Source: Microbotryum violaceum (taxonomy: Eukaryota). Taken from it: a DNA stretch of 64,000 nt. Shown one piece after another: positions 10,658 through 24,264 of the stretch. The first letter of the stretch is position 1. Each line of letters starts with the position of its first letter. Made by a program: the position numbers and the translations under genes. The stretch is taken from assembly GCA_001244265.2 (NCBI GenBank), contig CDLV01000017.1, positions 124,001-188,000 of the forward strand. Direction: 5' to 3'. The notes under the pieces are model-generated. The model saw only the letters and a list, made by a program, of their open reading frames with translations. It searched no databases and had not been told where the DNA came from.

Positions 10658-13600
10658 TCAGTCGTGCAAATTCCAACTCTGTCCGAAAAAAGAAAAGACG
10701 TAAATGATTAGCAATCGTTTAACCGACTGAACGGATGATCCCAAGCCCTTTCTTACCTTCCTCCAAGTCCTATACTTAAGCTTCGTCGCCGGCCCTTCGA
10801 TCCCGAACGCGGTCTCATGAAACCACCAGAACGTGAACAAGACCGAACCAGAGACAGCGAGGAAGACGATCCATTTCGTCCGTTGGGTCAGACGACGGGA
10901 TTTGAAGACGAAGTGATCCAACAAGCCGCCGAAGAGTATGACCGAGAACCAGAGGGTCGGAAGCTGTGAGTAACATGCGAAGAGTGGGGAGTCAGCTGAC
11001 ATTCGTTTAGTAAGCTTCGAAGACTCCTACGTACGTAATGATGCAGATACGTGACCCGGCCCATAATGAGGAAAGGAATATAATGAAGCACCCAACCCCC
11101 GAACCCAATCTTCCCAACATAGAGGAAATGATTCCATTCGCCGGGAGCGAAATCATTGATGTTCCTCTGGAACCTCATCAAATGCCAAAACAATGCCCCA
11201 ATAAACACAAACAGCGACGTGGTGGATAACCACCAGACGACGGCGTTTCCGACAAGGTAGTACTTGATCGAGTCGTCACCCCAACCGTTCATGCGCATCC
11301 CGTTCCAGAGGTAGGGCCATTCAAAGGGGGAGGAGGCGATCGAGTCTTCTTTGTCTTGGTCCGGGACGAGCGCATTGTTCGAGGTCATCATGGCGACATT
11401 GAGGTGCCAAAAATCGCGGAAAAAGGGCGAACGGTAAAGTTTTTGGTCACCGGCGGGTACTGTGATGGGAGAAGGAGCCCGAATGAGTTGGTCTACCTCG
11501 CAAGTAATCAAAGCTGACGGCGTCGACAAGTCGACAACTCACATCGATCGTTCCAGTGTGACTCGATATTCCAATACGTGTGTTCATCCCTTTGGTTATT
11601 CGCCTTATCGCACGACACCTCAACCTGCTTGAACCCCCACTGCGGCAAGATGGCATTCGCCGCACGGAGATAACATCCCGTATTCTGATGTTTGATCCTC
11701 AGCCTCGTCGACAAGGAATGTACTCGCGTGACTTTGTTCTTGGCTCCTTGCATCAGGTCATCGACGACTTCGATGATCCAATAATCGTTGACGTCGCCGA
11801 CGGTCGCGTTGCCGTAGCAGGAGACTTCGTTGTTCAATTTCGAGACGGGAGCAACGAAGGGATGCGAATGCAAGTTCCGACCCGTCGCGACGTGGACCAA
11901 ACGAATCACATCGCCGTTCTTGAGGTACCTCAGGGGTTCATGTTCGTCGAGAGGAGGGTCTTCCCACGTCGGGGTGATGACGAATTCGTTGTTCTCGTCC
12001 TTGTAGTGGTAGCATGTCACTTGTTGTTGCTGCGACCCGACGGGGTAGGTTTGCACGTGCGAGTGCAAGAGACCTCCACCGAAGCCCATGTTCTTGAGGG
12101 TGATCTTGGAGCCAAAAGTCGCCTCTGTAGGGAGCCCAATGGGTCAGCTCGAGAAATGACCGAAGTTTTAGTACCGTGGTAAAGACGTACCCAGAGGGTT
12201 CTGCGCAAAATCGTTGCCCGCCAAGTGGGCCTGGAACAGCGAACTCATTTGCGAATCGCCGCTTCCGGATCGGTTGAGGATGAGGAAGTGCAACTTGAAC
12301 GTGAGGGCGTAGACGCAGAAGGGGACAATGATGAGGCACAAGACGCGCGCGACCCAGTGCCGGACGTAGGTGCGCTGTGGTCAAGGAGTGCAATTGCTAG
12401 TTAGTTTCATCATTCGAGCGAGAAATTCTGGGGATGGGCGCCGCTCACGTGAGGCATCCTGAGATCGCCAAGCTTGTTCCAGAGATCTTCGGCGGTATAG
12501 ATACCGACGAGCGCAGTCACGAACAAGCCGACCCATTTGACACTATCGGGGTGCAAAGGATACCAAGGTGTTTAGCATGTTGTTCCTCTCTGATCAAGAC
12601 AAGCATCACTGACCTCGCCACACAGCCGATCGAGATCCCCGTCATAGTCAAAAAGAACCACCACTCCTCTTCGAAAGGTCTTCGTTGGGTGTTGTTAAAG
12701 CAAGCAAGGAAGTAGACGGTCGTAAAGGTGAAGAAGATCAACATCGAGTCGAGGAGGATGAAGCGACTAATAACGAGCCAGGCGAGATCTGCAGTTCGGG
12801 GTGACGGGCGATATTAGCATCAAAATATCTCGGAACGTTTCCTCGAGAGTTCGAGCATGACCTACCACAGAGGACCATCAATGTGACGATATGAGTCGAC
12901 CACCTAGAGAAGCGCAATTCGAGCGCAGTGCCCCAAGCGAGAGGGACCATCGCCACACCAGGCAGAGCCAACAAGACCCTCATCGCAGTGTAGGGGACAT
13001 GATCCGGGTAAGGCGCGCCAGAAGGGAAGTCATACGAGCCATTGAAGCCCGTCAAAGCGCCGGCGAGCCCAACAAGCATCTTGCCTAGTGGCGGGTGGAC
13101 CTGGTAAATGTGCAAGCGGCGTAGCATTCAGCTTTGAGCTCGTGGGATGGGTTTTGGCATCTTTCAACTCACGTCAAAGAAGAATGTTCGGTTGAGGTAG
13201 TAGGCTCCGAACTTTCCAAAGTGGGCCTATGCCGCTCGAAGCAGTTTCAGCACGGAAGCCAATCGAATCTAGTCCGTGCACGGCGCAGCGACTGACCTCG
13301 TCCCAGACAACGGTGTTGTTGGCTCCGATGCGATATAGACGCGTGAAGAGCGCGAGGAATGTGTAGACCAAAAGTGGGATATGCGGTTTGAGCTCCTGCA
13401 TGACCTCCTTGACAACACCTCCCTGTTTACCGCCGTAAGAAAGCTCAGGTCAGTCTTTGACGATCCGAACTGGTCAACTTGACAATCCCTCACTGACCCA
13501 AGTCGACGACTGAGTCCTCTCCGGAATAAGCTGGTTCCACTTCTGTCCCTCTGCCGTATTCGCTGAATAAAACTCCTTCTTGCCACTCGGCGCGATCGTT

Positions 13601-14178
13601 TCATGGACCTGCCCTTCAATCCCAATCCCCGACGTAGGCCAAATGCTCTTCTCCCCCTTGTCGCCATCATAACTCGAGCTCCTACCCCGCTGACCGGTGT
13701 TGAACTGATGCTCATTCTCCCCTCTATATTCACTCCCTTGATTAGCGTCCCCCTCTGCGGCAATGTGGGAGTTGACGCCTTCGTAAGGTGCTCCGCCTCC
13801 ACGTCGTCGCGCGGTGGACGAATCGACGACTTGCATCTGAGCGTCGGAGTCCGCGTGATGGCCGGGGTAGCCCGAGTACGATTTGGACGAGGTGCTGTAG
13901 ATCGGCAGACCTTGTTCGTGAGGGGAGTAAACGTCGACCCAGTCTCTATCTCGGTCACGCGGGCTCGGGGAAGGTGAGCGGGAACGGGAACGGTGCGGGT
14001 CCGAGGTGATGGGGTGGTTGGTGTGGGTGGGCAGGTGCGACGGCCTCGACGACGAGGGGAGAGCGCGGTGGTGATGACTGGACTGGGCGTGCTGATCACT
14101 ACTCGTCCGGGGTGGTACAGGCGCTGCTTGTGTGGAGGAGGAGGAGGTGTAAGGGTGCGCTTGAGATCGGTAGGACAT
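10658..14178 (-). CDS. PMT2: Dolichyl-phosphate-mannose protein O-mannosyltransferase, PMT2 subfamily, with MIR domains
   Basis: VVWDE-AHFGKFGAYYL, VHPPLGKMLVGLAG, SRFILLDSML, GSGDSQMSSLFQAHL, GGGLLHSHVQTYPVGSQQQQVTCYHYKD, LPQWGFKQVEVSC, MGRVTYLHHY; long low-complexity N-terminus. Confidence 0.93.
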
Positions 14179-14949
14179 CCAGGCCTATGCTTTTTCGCAG
14201 TCCGATCGACGCTGAACGTCTGAACGTAGCACGGCCGAGAGTCGTTTCCGAGGAGAGGAGAGAGTGACCGGCGCGCGTCGTCGCACGGGGCCGCGGGGGG
14301 CGCGTGCGGAGGGCTCCTTGCTCGTTTTGGTGAGGAAGGGTAGTAGTAGCTCCTTTCGAACCACAAGACGCGTCGAATACGTCGCGCGAACACAAGAAGG
14401 AAGGTGCGACTGCTGCACTTGGGGGGGAAACACTGGGTCGAACGCGTCGAAGGCAAGGTGACGCGAGTACGGCCTCGCGCATGCCAGTTTGCTCGCCGGG
14501 CGCCGATGGGCCCCGGGCTCGTGCTAAGCCACCGCCGCCCGCCACGAATCGCCGTCCCAGTTCAGGATTCTTACATTATCGTCACCAGAGTTTGGGTTGC
14601 GCTAGTACCAACTTCCCCTTTGAAACTGGCGCCAACCTTTCTTATACTGATAAGCCTCTGAAGTACGAGCGCCGGGGAGTCCAGTCTGGGATAGCATGTC
14701 TGCGAGAAGTTTCCTGCACATCCGCAGCTCGTGCCAACGAATCGCGCAGCACAGTCGTCGCAACGCTCTGGTACCAACGTCATATTTCTGTGAACATTTT
14801 CTTAAAAAGGAACCTATACCAACTCTCACTCATACCCCAAGCTTGACTGCGTTCGAGAAAGACAACCATGAGAGTCCGGGCCGTCTTACTACTGCGCCAC
14901 CCATGCCTCCCTCGGGCACATAAACCCATCCACAAAACGCTCTCACCTT

Positions 14950-15600
14950 TCATTCCATCCATCTCGACTCCATTAAACCAATCGATAAAACTTTCATAAA
15001 AATCATCATGCGCCTGACCCTCGATTGCGGGAGGTCCATCCTTCTCCACACAAATTTTCCATCACCGGGCGTATGCGTAGTAGATCCGTCAGTAGCTTCC
15101 CACCGTACGCGCCGCGCCCGCCAATCTTCTCCATGAGGTGTAAGGTACTTACTTGATTTTGTAGGCGCTACTTTGTCTATATGCGAGGTAACGATATCCT
15201 TCCGGTAATGACGCGAGTTTCGCATCGTCGAAACGAGGGATCTTGCGTGGGTCGACGGGGAGCGCTCGGTCCTTTTCGTAAAACCCTGTTACGAGAATAG
15301 AGTCGCATCAGTGGGAATGAGAGCCCCCTAGTTTGAGAGCAGGGGTTGAAGGTTAGGGTCATATATCACGAACCTTTGAAGAAGTGGCACTTCCAAGCCC
15401 CCTATGCGTCCTTCTCAACGAAGAAGCACAACCTGAGAAAATACGCGAGGCATCAGTCACTCTTCGGCATTAAGTTGGAGGCAAATAGCGGAGCAGTCTC
15501 ACTTGCAATCCGCCTCCATATCAACTTCACAGAACTCTCCATCTTTGTTAGATTCCATCGTAAACCTTTTTGTGATTGTTCTGCGCGGCATCATGTAGCT
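14950..15600 (-). pseudogene. PEP2-like (pea pathogenicity protein 2 / SnoaL-like) pseudogene
   Basis: Spliced by eye: RTITKRF..EVDMEADC / LCFFVEKDA*GAWKCHFFK / GFYEKDRALPVDPRKIPRFDDAKLASLPEGYRYLAY / GQAHDDFYESFIDWFNG; in-frame TAG at 15402-15404; no clear 5' half. Confidence 0.65.
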
Positions 15601-15917
15601 GAGTCCTGCTGAATTGCTACTATAGGTCGGGCTAGGCCTCGACAGGATGCTCTCAAATGATCGACAATCTACAACTGTGGTATTGAAGTCAGGTTCTCGA
15701 TCCACGCCAGTCCACGTTAACCTAGCGAAAACTAGACCCTACAGCGGATTAAAAAAAAGACTCTGCAGTGAGGAGTCGGGATTTGCTAGCTTTGACCGAG
15801 CAGAATTTGCACACGCCTCGAAATTGGTCGGCATAAGTCCCCCGCCTGCCAACACCAGTAAGCTACCACGATACTACTTTCAATCACCAAAGCTCGTCCA
15901 TCTCATCCCCAAGCATA

Positions 15918-17184
15918 CTACATCAAATCCGCCAGTGCCCCCCTCGCCTTCGCATTCCATTCCCCAAGCGCGACCCAATCTCCACCCAAATTCATGAAAT
16001 CGAACCCTTGATCGAAATGCCTCCTCACCCCTTCAGGGGACGTACAAAACATTCCACAATACTTGTTCGCTTTCTTACAGGCTTTCAATACGCGTTCGAT
16101 CGCTTGTTGGACTTCGGGAATGGATTCGTGGTCGGTCGCGATATAGCCTAATTGGGAGGCGAGGTCGTTGGGACCTATGAGGATACTGTTGGGTTGATCA
16201 AGTAGTGAGCTACTTTCAGGTTTTATAAATACGAACTCCAACCCCGTTCAGAACTCACGCATCCACTCCTTCCACCTCTGCAATCTCCTCACAATTATTC
16301 ACCCCTTCCCTCGATTCGATTTGAACGGCGACGAAGATATCCTTGTTGGCCGATTGAAAATATTCTCCCATCGTTTGACCAAAGAGGTTGGGTGAGAAGG
16401 GTGAACCTATGCCTCGGACGCCTCCGCCTCCTCCGTTGGCTTTGGGCACGGGGAACTTGGTGTAGGATACGAATTTACGGGCTTCTTCCTGTGGGGTGGA
16501 AACGTAGGGACGTGGGCGGGAGTTTTCCGAATGGTCCCGGCGCGCCGGCGGTCGAGGGGAAGAGCGACGAGTCAATTCATCCGCTTATAGTACGGGCCAC
16601 TAGTAGTACACCCTCAAATCCCCGGAAAGACTTACAGCACTATTCATAAAAGGAACCAACAAGCCATGCGCGCCCGCATCCAACGCCCTCTTGACCATCC
16701 AATTCTGCGCATCCGGAAGACGAACCCAAGGTGAACAACCGGGTTGGGAAGCTATGATAGCGATGGATTCGTGCATGGTAGCGTCGGAGAAATTGCCGTG
16801 TTCGCAATCAATGAGGATCCACTGTCGAAGAGGAAGAGGGGTGCACCGTGAGTTACCAGCTTCAGGCTCCTCGGATTCGGAAAATGGTGCGTTCGTTCCG
16901 GCTGACGGTTACTAGTACTCACGTCGTAGCTCATATTGGCCGTCATGCGGGTAATGTTATGCCCGGGCATCATGATCCAACTACCTGAAAAATTCAACAA
17001 CAAAACCTCAACTCCCTTCAAAAATAGGAGGTCCATAACAAACAGTCAACTAACCCAAACAAGGCTGTCTCTTGCCCCCCGATTCCAATCCCTTGGACCT
17101 GACCGCCATGATATGATGGATCCCAAAGAGACCCGTCGAGGTTTTGGCGCGGACGGCTTTGGCGGAATTGACGGCGTAGGACAT
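15918..17184 (-). CDS. HpcH/HpaI aldolase/citrate-lyase family protein
   Basis: GSWIMMPG, WILIDCEHGN, PWVRLP, KRALDAGAHGLLVPF, VRGIGSPF, VAVQIESREGVNNCEEIAEVEGVD, IGPNDLASQLG. Confidence 0.9.
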
Positions 17185-18224
17185 GATGATTTTGGGATGC
17201 TCGGGTGGAATGAAGGTGGTGGGGAAGAGGGAGAGGTGTGGGCGGCGGGAGCGGCGCGGACTCGAAGTTGGGTGGGGCTGGGGAAGGGAGGGGAGGGGTG
17301 GGGGTGGGGCGCGGAAAGGATTTGCCGGGGACGCGTCGGGCCGAGTGAGCGCCGACGAATAGAGCTGTGCTTATTTGAGAGTGGGCGAGGTTATAGGTAT
17401 GAGTCATGGACTGGATTGAGTATGGACCCGTTGTGTTCGTGTTGCCGGCTTCTGAAAAAAGCTCTCCAGTGGCTACATCTGGCCTCGCATCTCATCGCCG
17501 GCCGGTGGCAGATACTGCTGCGTGGAACTTGCGATTATCAGGTGTAAACCTTTTTTCTCCAATGATGGTGTTCCTCCCACTTCTATCGGTGTCCTGCTGA
17601 TGCTCCTGCAGGACTACCTATCGGGGAGAATTGAGCTCTTCTACCCTCCTGTCGCCGGAACGGAGCAAACCCATCATCCGACCGCCGAACGGGAAGCCGA
17701 AGCGTCGTGCCGCGCACGCCATCGGGACTATCTATAGGTCCACTCTAAATTTGGCGTGGTCAATGATTAGACTAGTTGAAAGGAAGGAGACTCACCCACA
17801 TGCGTTGAGCTTATTTCCCTGTCTCGTGGAAAGGAGTTTCTCTAGATGTTTTCCATTGAACCCGCATGCCCATTGCCGACTCGGACTTGAATTTTCGCCT
17901 CCTGGTCACCTCGACACTCAGCAAAATGAAAATGCGAAACGAAGATGGATAAGCTGTGAAGGAGTACAGTTTCCCGCTAATTGGAGGCGCAAAAAGTCAC
18001 GAAAGATCTCGAGCTCGATCGGTCGACATTCCTCCTGAAGCTGATGGGTCCGTGCGCGCGGCAGTAGTGTCTGTGAGCTTGAAGCTTGAAGGGCAAATTG
18101 TGCGCGCCCAAAACCGAGCTGCAACCTCTCGCGCTCTCTGTCTTTTTCCCACTCTCCCCCACTCGTACCCCAAGAGGTCTTCCACCTCAGCGGGATAGAG
18201 TACCCTACACCACCTCTGAGAGCG

Positions 18225-21200
18225 ATGTCGACCTCGATGCTGCTGGGTAACCCAACCGAAATGGACCAAGACGACGACGAGGACGAGGACCCGGACATGA
18301 ATTCGTCGGCTGGGGAGGGAGTCGACTTGATGGGGGATGATACGGCGTCGGATAGTTCGGAAGAGGAGGATGAAGATTCCGAGGCCGAGAGGGAGGTTAG
18401 GAAAGGTGAGTTGGGGACGTGATCCGGGACGTGATCCGGGGTGGGTGGTGGAAGAGCAGCAGCGGGCGGGGGTGCACCGCTCGTACAGCCCGACTACCGA
18501 TGCACTACTCTCCACCATCATCATCGTCCCATGAGGGGGATGCTCGTACTCTGCCTGTTGCCGTGTCTGCACTTGTCACGGTGGCTGACTCGGCACGCTT
18601 TCCTCTCGCGACGTGACACCGCGCTGCTTCCCTGCCCCGCTCGCTCGCTCTCCCCTTTACAGACTTCATCGTGGACGAGGACGAAACCGAGGAGAGCCGC
18701 AAGAGGAGAAAGAAGAAGCACAGAAAACAACGTGAACGGTCCGGTTCCGGATCGGGCGACGATGCCGAGCAGGGGGGCGCATCCCGCAAGCGGAGAAAGG
18801 GCAGTGACGATGGTCAGTGAACAGCACCTTCGACCTTGCTCGGATGGAAGCTCATTACAGTCAACGCATGGTCTTAGATGATAACCTCGACGAGGACGAT
18901 ATCGATCTGCTCGAGGAAAACACCGGTGTGCGGCTATCGAATCGGAGCTCCAAGGTACGCTACACAACCTTCCGCGAGAAAGCCGTAAACGCACAAGCTG
19001 AAAACTTTCAGTACCTCTCCCAGGGTAAATTGAAGCGACTGCGACGTAGGCGCTCGGTCGGTGCCTCGGATGACGACGAACCCGCGGGCCTCAACAACCT
19101 CTTTGACGACGACGCCCGCGGCGCCGGTGACGACGATGACGACGGTGGCCTGGGCCTCCCCTTTGACGGAGACGAAATGGCCGGTTTCATTGAGGATGAT
19201 ACCGCTTCTGAATCGGATCGACAGGACCGCTCGGACGAAGATGAGAATGATCGAGCCGCTCGAAAGGAGGCCAAGCGGAAAGCGAGGGCTCAGCAGAGCA
19301 ACAGGGGGCGCGGCCGCGGCTTTGGCACAGCTTATATCCAAGGCATCTCGGCTGAGGCGAGGCAGGAAGTCACCGAGGTCTTTGGGAATGGTCAGGATTA
19401 TGCGTGGGCGCTCGATGATGAAGAGGACGAGCCCAAGCAGAAGGAGTTGCGTGATGTGAGTCGGCACCGAATCCTCACTAAGAGGTGATCAATCGTCTGA
19501 TGGAATCGCTTTGGGTTCATCACCATTGCTAGATTTACGAACCATCGGAAATCGCCTCGCGCATGCTCACGGAAGAGGACGAGGCCATTCGCGCGCTCGA
19601 CATTCCCGAACGCATGCAGATCGCCTCGGCTGGTCTGCCGACCTTCGAGGACGGTGACGAAGACGCGGGCATCACGCAAAGGTTCATCCAAGAGGAGGAC
19701 CTTGAGCTCGCCGCGGAATGGATGTCGACGCGCATCTCGTTACGTGCGCACGAGCACTTCATCATGAGGGACTCGTCAGGTGATCGACCCCCACACCACG
19801 ACGCCTTCATCACCGCGATCAAGAACGTCGTTCGCTTCATGAACATTGAGCTGCTCGAGCCACCCTTCATCTGGGCTCATCGCGCGGATTATCTCGTCGT
19901 TCGTGACGGGCGTGATATCGCTCTGCTCGACCACGACGATCTGTGGCGCATCTCGGCCCTCTCGATCAAGTACCGCGCGTTACTGCATCGCAAGCGGGAA
20001 CTCAAAGCACACTTCAACCAACTCGAAGTCGAAGACGACTACTTTGACGAGACGCTCGACGCTGTCGAATCCGTTGAGGAGGTCTCGGATGCGAACGAAT
20101 GGATGTCGATGAAGTACTACAACGAACTCGAGCAAATCCGAGCGGCAAGGGGACAAGAGTCGGACCTTCCTTCGAGACGACGAGCAACGCGCGAGTCGGC
20201 GTACCAACATGCCAAGAAGGAGTTCGTCTCGGATCTGGCGACCCAGATTGGTATCAGTGCGACAGAGTTGGCGAGGGACTTCATCAGTGGTACGCGCTCG
20301 AGCACGACAGAGGATCCGAGCAAGGCACCCCTCGAGCTCGCGGCCGAGTTCACGAATGATGAGTTCACGACCCCCGAACGCGCGCTCGATACGGCACAGA
20401 TGATTGCCGTACACGAGATCAGACATGACCCTATCCTGCGCCGCGAGATCCGTCGTTACTTCAAGGACTATGCCGTCGTCACCGTCACTCCGACGGACAA
20501 GGGCATCAACACGATCGACGAAATGAACCCTTTCTACGTCTTCAAGTACCTGAAAGGTCGACCCGTTTCGACCCTGTTGCGATCAGCAATGTTCTTGCAG
20601 ATCCTCGCCGCCGAAGGTGACGATCTCGTCAAGTGCCGCATTACTCTTCCCGGCGCAGCCTTGAACCGCTTCATGGAGGATTTGACCAAGATCTACACCT
20701 CCGATTACACCTCAACCGTAGCGGAGGAATGGAACAAGTTTCGATCCGAGATCCTCACCACGGTGGTTCAAGAGCACCTCCTCCCTTTCGGTGAGCGATG
20801 GGCACGTACGTACTTGCGCGAAGAGGAGGAGGACTTTGTCGGTCGCGCGTGCAAGAGCAAGCTCGAGGACCGCATCAACGTTGCGCCTTACCAACGCCGA
20901 GATGGCTCGATGGAGCACGGCGAGGTCCCTTCCGTTCTAGCCATCTCGAACGGTGAGGGACACCCTCAGCGCGATTCAGTCTCGTGCGTCTTCATGGATG
21001 CGGAGGGGCATGTGCGCGAGCAACTCAAGGTCGATAATTTGCATCGCATGGAGGACGCGCAACGGGAATCGTTCACCGAGCTGTTGCGACGACGGAGGCC
21101 ACAAGTTGTCGTCATCGGTGGATTTTCACCCAATACCAATCGACTGTACCAGGATTTCATGACCTTCTCCCAAGGCGTCAGCGACTCGATCGTGGTTGAT

Positions 21201-23550
21201 CAGGACGATCTGAGGAACCAGGACGTCGACGAGGACCCTTTCACACCTGATCAATTGACGGCTCGTGCGGCGTTCGAGACGATCTACGTCTACGATAACG
21301 TCGCGAGGCTGTACCAGTCTTCGCCTCGTGCCCTGATCGAGTTCCCTGAATTGTCGACGATCAGCAGGTATTGCGTCGCCCTTGCTCGATATGCCCAATC
21401 GCCATTGAACGAATACGCCGCTCTCGGCGATGACCTCGTCGCGTTGAGCTACGATCCGAACCAGAAGTACTTGTCACCTGCCAAGATTAAGGAACACCTC
21501 GAGCATGCCTTGATCGATGTGACGAACCGCTGCGGCGTCGAGATCAACAAGGCCGTCCGGAACGCTTACTACCGTCATTTGCTCCCCTACGTCGCCGGTC
21601 TCGGACCTCGCAAAGCTTCGGGTCTGGTCAAGAAGATTGAATCCAACGTTGGTGGAACGTTGTCGAATCGATCGGGTCTCATCTTCCATGCGATCACAAC
21701 CAAGAATATCTTCATGAACGCAGCGGGATTCTTGCGCATCTCGCAGGACGACCTTAATGCCGATCTTGGGCGACGCGAAGCAGCAGGTGACGAACCAGAA
21801 GTCCTTGACGATACGCGCATCCATCCGGAGGACTACGAAGTAGCTCGTAAGATGGCCGCTGACGCGATGGAAGTCGATGAAGAAGAAACGGCCACGTTTA
21901 AAGTCCCTTCTCAAGCCGTCATCAACCTCATGAGCGACAACCCTCGTCGTCTTGATGACCTCTCGTTGGACGATTTCGCCGCCGAGTTGGAGAAACTCTT
22001 CTTCATGCCCAAGCGCTTGACGTTGTACAGCGTACGAGACGAGATGCAAGAACCTTACGCCGATCGACGATTACCGTTCCGAGTGCCGAATCCGGAAGAG
22101 GTGTTTGCGATGTTGACCGGTGAGACGAAGCAGACCTTTGACAACGGACTCATTATCCCCGTTCGAGTTTACCGCTTCCGACCCGACGGAGCGATCTGCG
22201 TACGCCTAGAGTCTCAAATCGAAGGCACGATCGAAGCAGAGTATAGGACCCAAGACCCCAATCGGTACCAACAGCCCCGAATCGGGCAGACCATACAAGC
22301 GCAAATCATTGGTAGCAACCTCAAGACCTTTACCGTCGAACTGTCGACCGTCGAAGGACATATCCAAAAAGGTGATGCGGACCAACGTCGAGTCGGCTAC
22401 GATCCGCAATACTATGACGTCGAAGCTGCTCGAGTGGAGAGGGAACGACAGGCGATCGTACAGAAGAAGTCCGCGGGACGGCAGAAACGTATGGTCAATC
22501 ATCCCAACTTTCATAATCTGTCGGCTGGGCAGGCGGAAGAATATTTGGCTAACATGCAGCGGGGGGATTGCGTTATTCGACCGTCGTCGTTGGAGCACCA
22601 TATTGCCGTGACATGGAAGGTCGCTGAGGGTGTTTACCAGCATATTGGTCAGTGGTCCATCGTCACAGCGCCCAAGATGTTTCTGGAGTAGCTGAATAAC
22701 GACACCGTTCCGCTGTCCAACCACAGCCGTTCACGAAATGAACAAGGCGAACGAATGGGCCCTCGGTTCGCTCCTACGCATCACCAAACCGATCGACGTT
22801 TCGCAACCGAACGCGAGCCGCGGCGAAGCGTACTGGTCCTACTCTGATCTCGACGAATTGATCGTATCGCACATCAAACAAATGTCCCTCAAGGTCGGTG
22901 AACTGATGGCGCACGACAAGTTCAAAGGTGACAAGGCCGCGCTCGACAATTTCCTCTCCAACTCGTTAATGGTCAACCCCAACATCTCGGCCTATGGATT
23001 CGCGATCAACAAGGACCCTAAGAAGCCTGGATTGTTCATGGTCACTTTCCGCGCCAATGATGGAGCCGAACCTCACTCTTGGCCGATTTGGGTCGTCCCC
23101 GGTGCTTTCGTACTCAAGGGCGCCGAACACGGTGACGTCGCTGCCTTGTGCAACGGTTTCAAGCGCGCTTACACGGCCGAGATCGCTGCGGGTGGAGCGG
23201 GAACGCGTATGCCGATGAGGACGCCTAGGTACCCCGGTGGTGCGACGCCTTTCGGAGCCGGTGGTGCAGCAGCAGCTGGAGGGAGAACGCCTAACCCTCT
23301 TCGTGAGCAACAAGCCGCTGCCGCCGTCGCCAGTATTGGAGCGGGGACGGGTCGTAACCCTCTTTTCAATAGCGGTCGAACACCGATGGGTGCTGGGGCA
23401 GGGGGTCGAACACCTTTGGTCGTTGGAGGAAGAACGCCCGTCGTCGCGAGTGGAAAAACACCGATCGTTGGCGTTGGTGCGGGTGCGGGTGGGAGAACAC
23501 CGAACCCTTATGCCTCGACAGTTGGGACGGGCAAAACGCCGATACCTTAA
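18225..23550 (+). CDS. SPT6: Transcription elongation factor / histone chaperone Spt6
   Basis: Acidic N-terminus, LDEDDIDLLEEN, DIPERMQ, YqgF/HhH core (YVAGLGPRKA, LDDTRIHPEDYEVARKMAADA), S1 domain, tandem SH2 (HPNFHN..QAEEYL..RPSS, YSDLDELIVSH); ORF stops at TAA 23548-23550 but the frame stays open to TGA 23746-23748. Confidence 0.96.
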
Positions 23551-24264
23551 CACCTCGGCGCTGATCCTCGATTGGGCGGTCGAACGCCCAATCCGTATTC
23601 TACGGGCGTTACGCCACAATACCCGGCTCCTCCTCTGAACGCAGCGGGCGGTCGAACACCCGCTTATCCGGGGGGCAATCGGACGCCAGCTTATCAACCG
23701 AATCCAAACGGCGGTGGCAACAATGGTGGTGGTGGACGTCGTTGGTGATATGACTTCGGCGTGCAGTGTGTGTTAGTATTGTCTTGTGATGAGATCAAGA
23801 GCGGAAATGTCAAAACAAAAATAAAGTGTACGCGGGCTCCCCTTGTGAAAGGGTTTGTATTGCATGCAATTTTGAAAGAACCAATGACGAGAAGAAATTT
23901 CGAAGAGCTATTCCTTGTGCGCATGGACTGCGATAAGGTGCGACCGAGCTAGAATTTGTTGATTAGAGCATAGTCGCAAAGTTGATCGTCGCTGCAAGAT
24001 TGCACGTATACTTCATTGTAGCATGGTCTCACCAACATTGAGAGCCTCCTCCGCGTTCCTTCTGCCTCCTCCGATTGAGCTTGCAGGTGTAGTATACACA
24101 GCAGTCTCTCCACGCTCCTACAGTCGTGTCATCGCTAACCTCGCACATTTTGGCTGGCCAAGTACGAGTAGGTAAGGTAAAAAGACAGAAATGTTTCCAA
24201 CAATCGTCGCAATGACGTAAAGAAATACAAGATGCGCTCAGCGAAGACCAAACTCCCGACCGCT

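Noticed and set aside
13269-14456. 395-aa ORF overlapping the PMT2 5' region, and many antisense ORFs over SPT6, GH5 and bZIP
   Set aside because: Alternative-frame or antisense shadows expected in GC-rich coding DNA; no independent motifs
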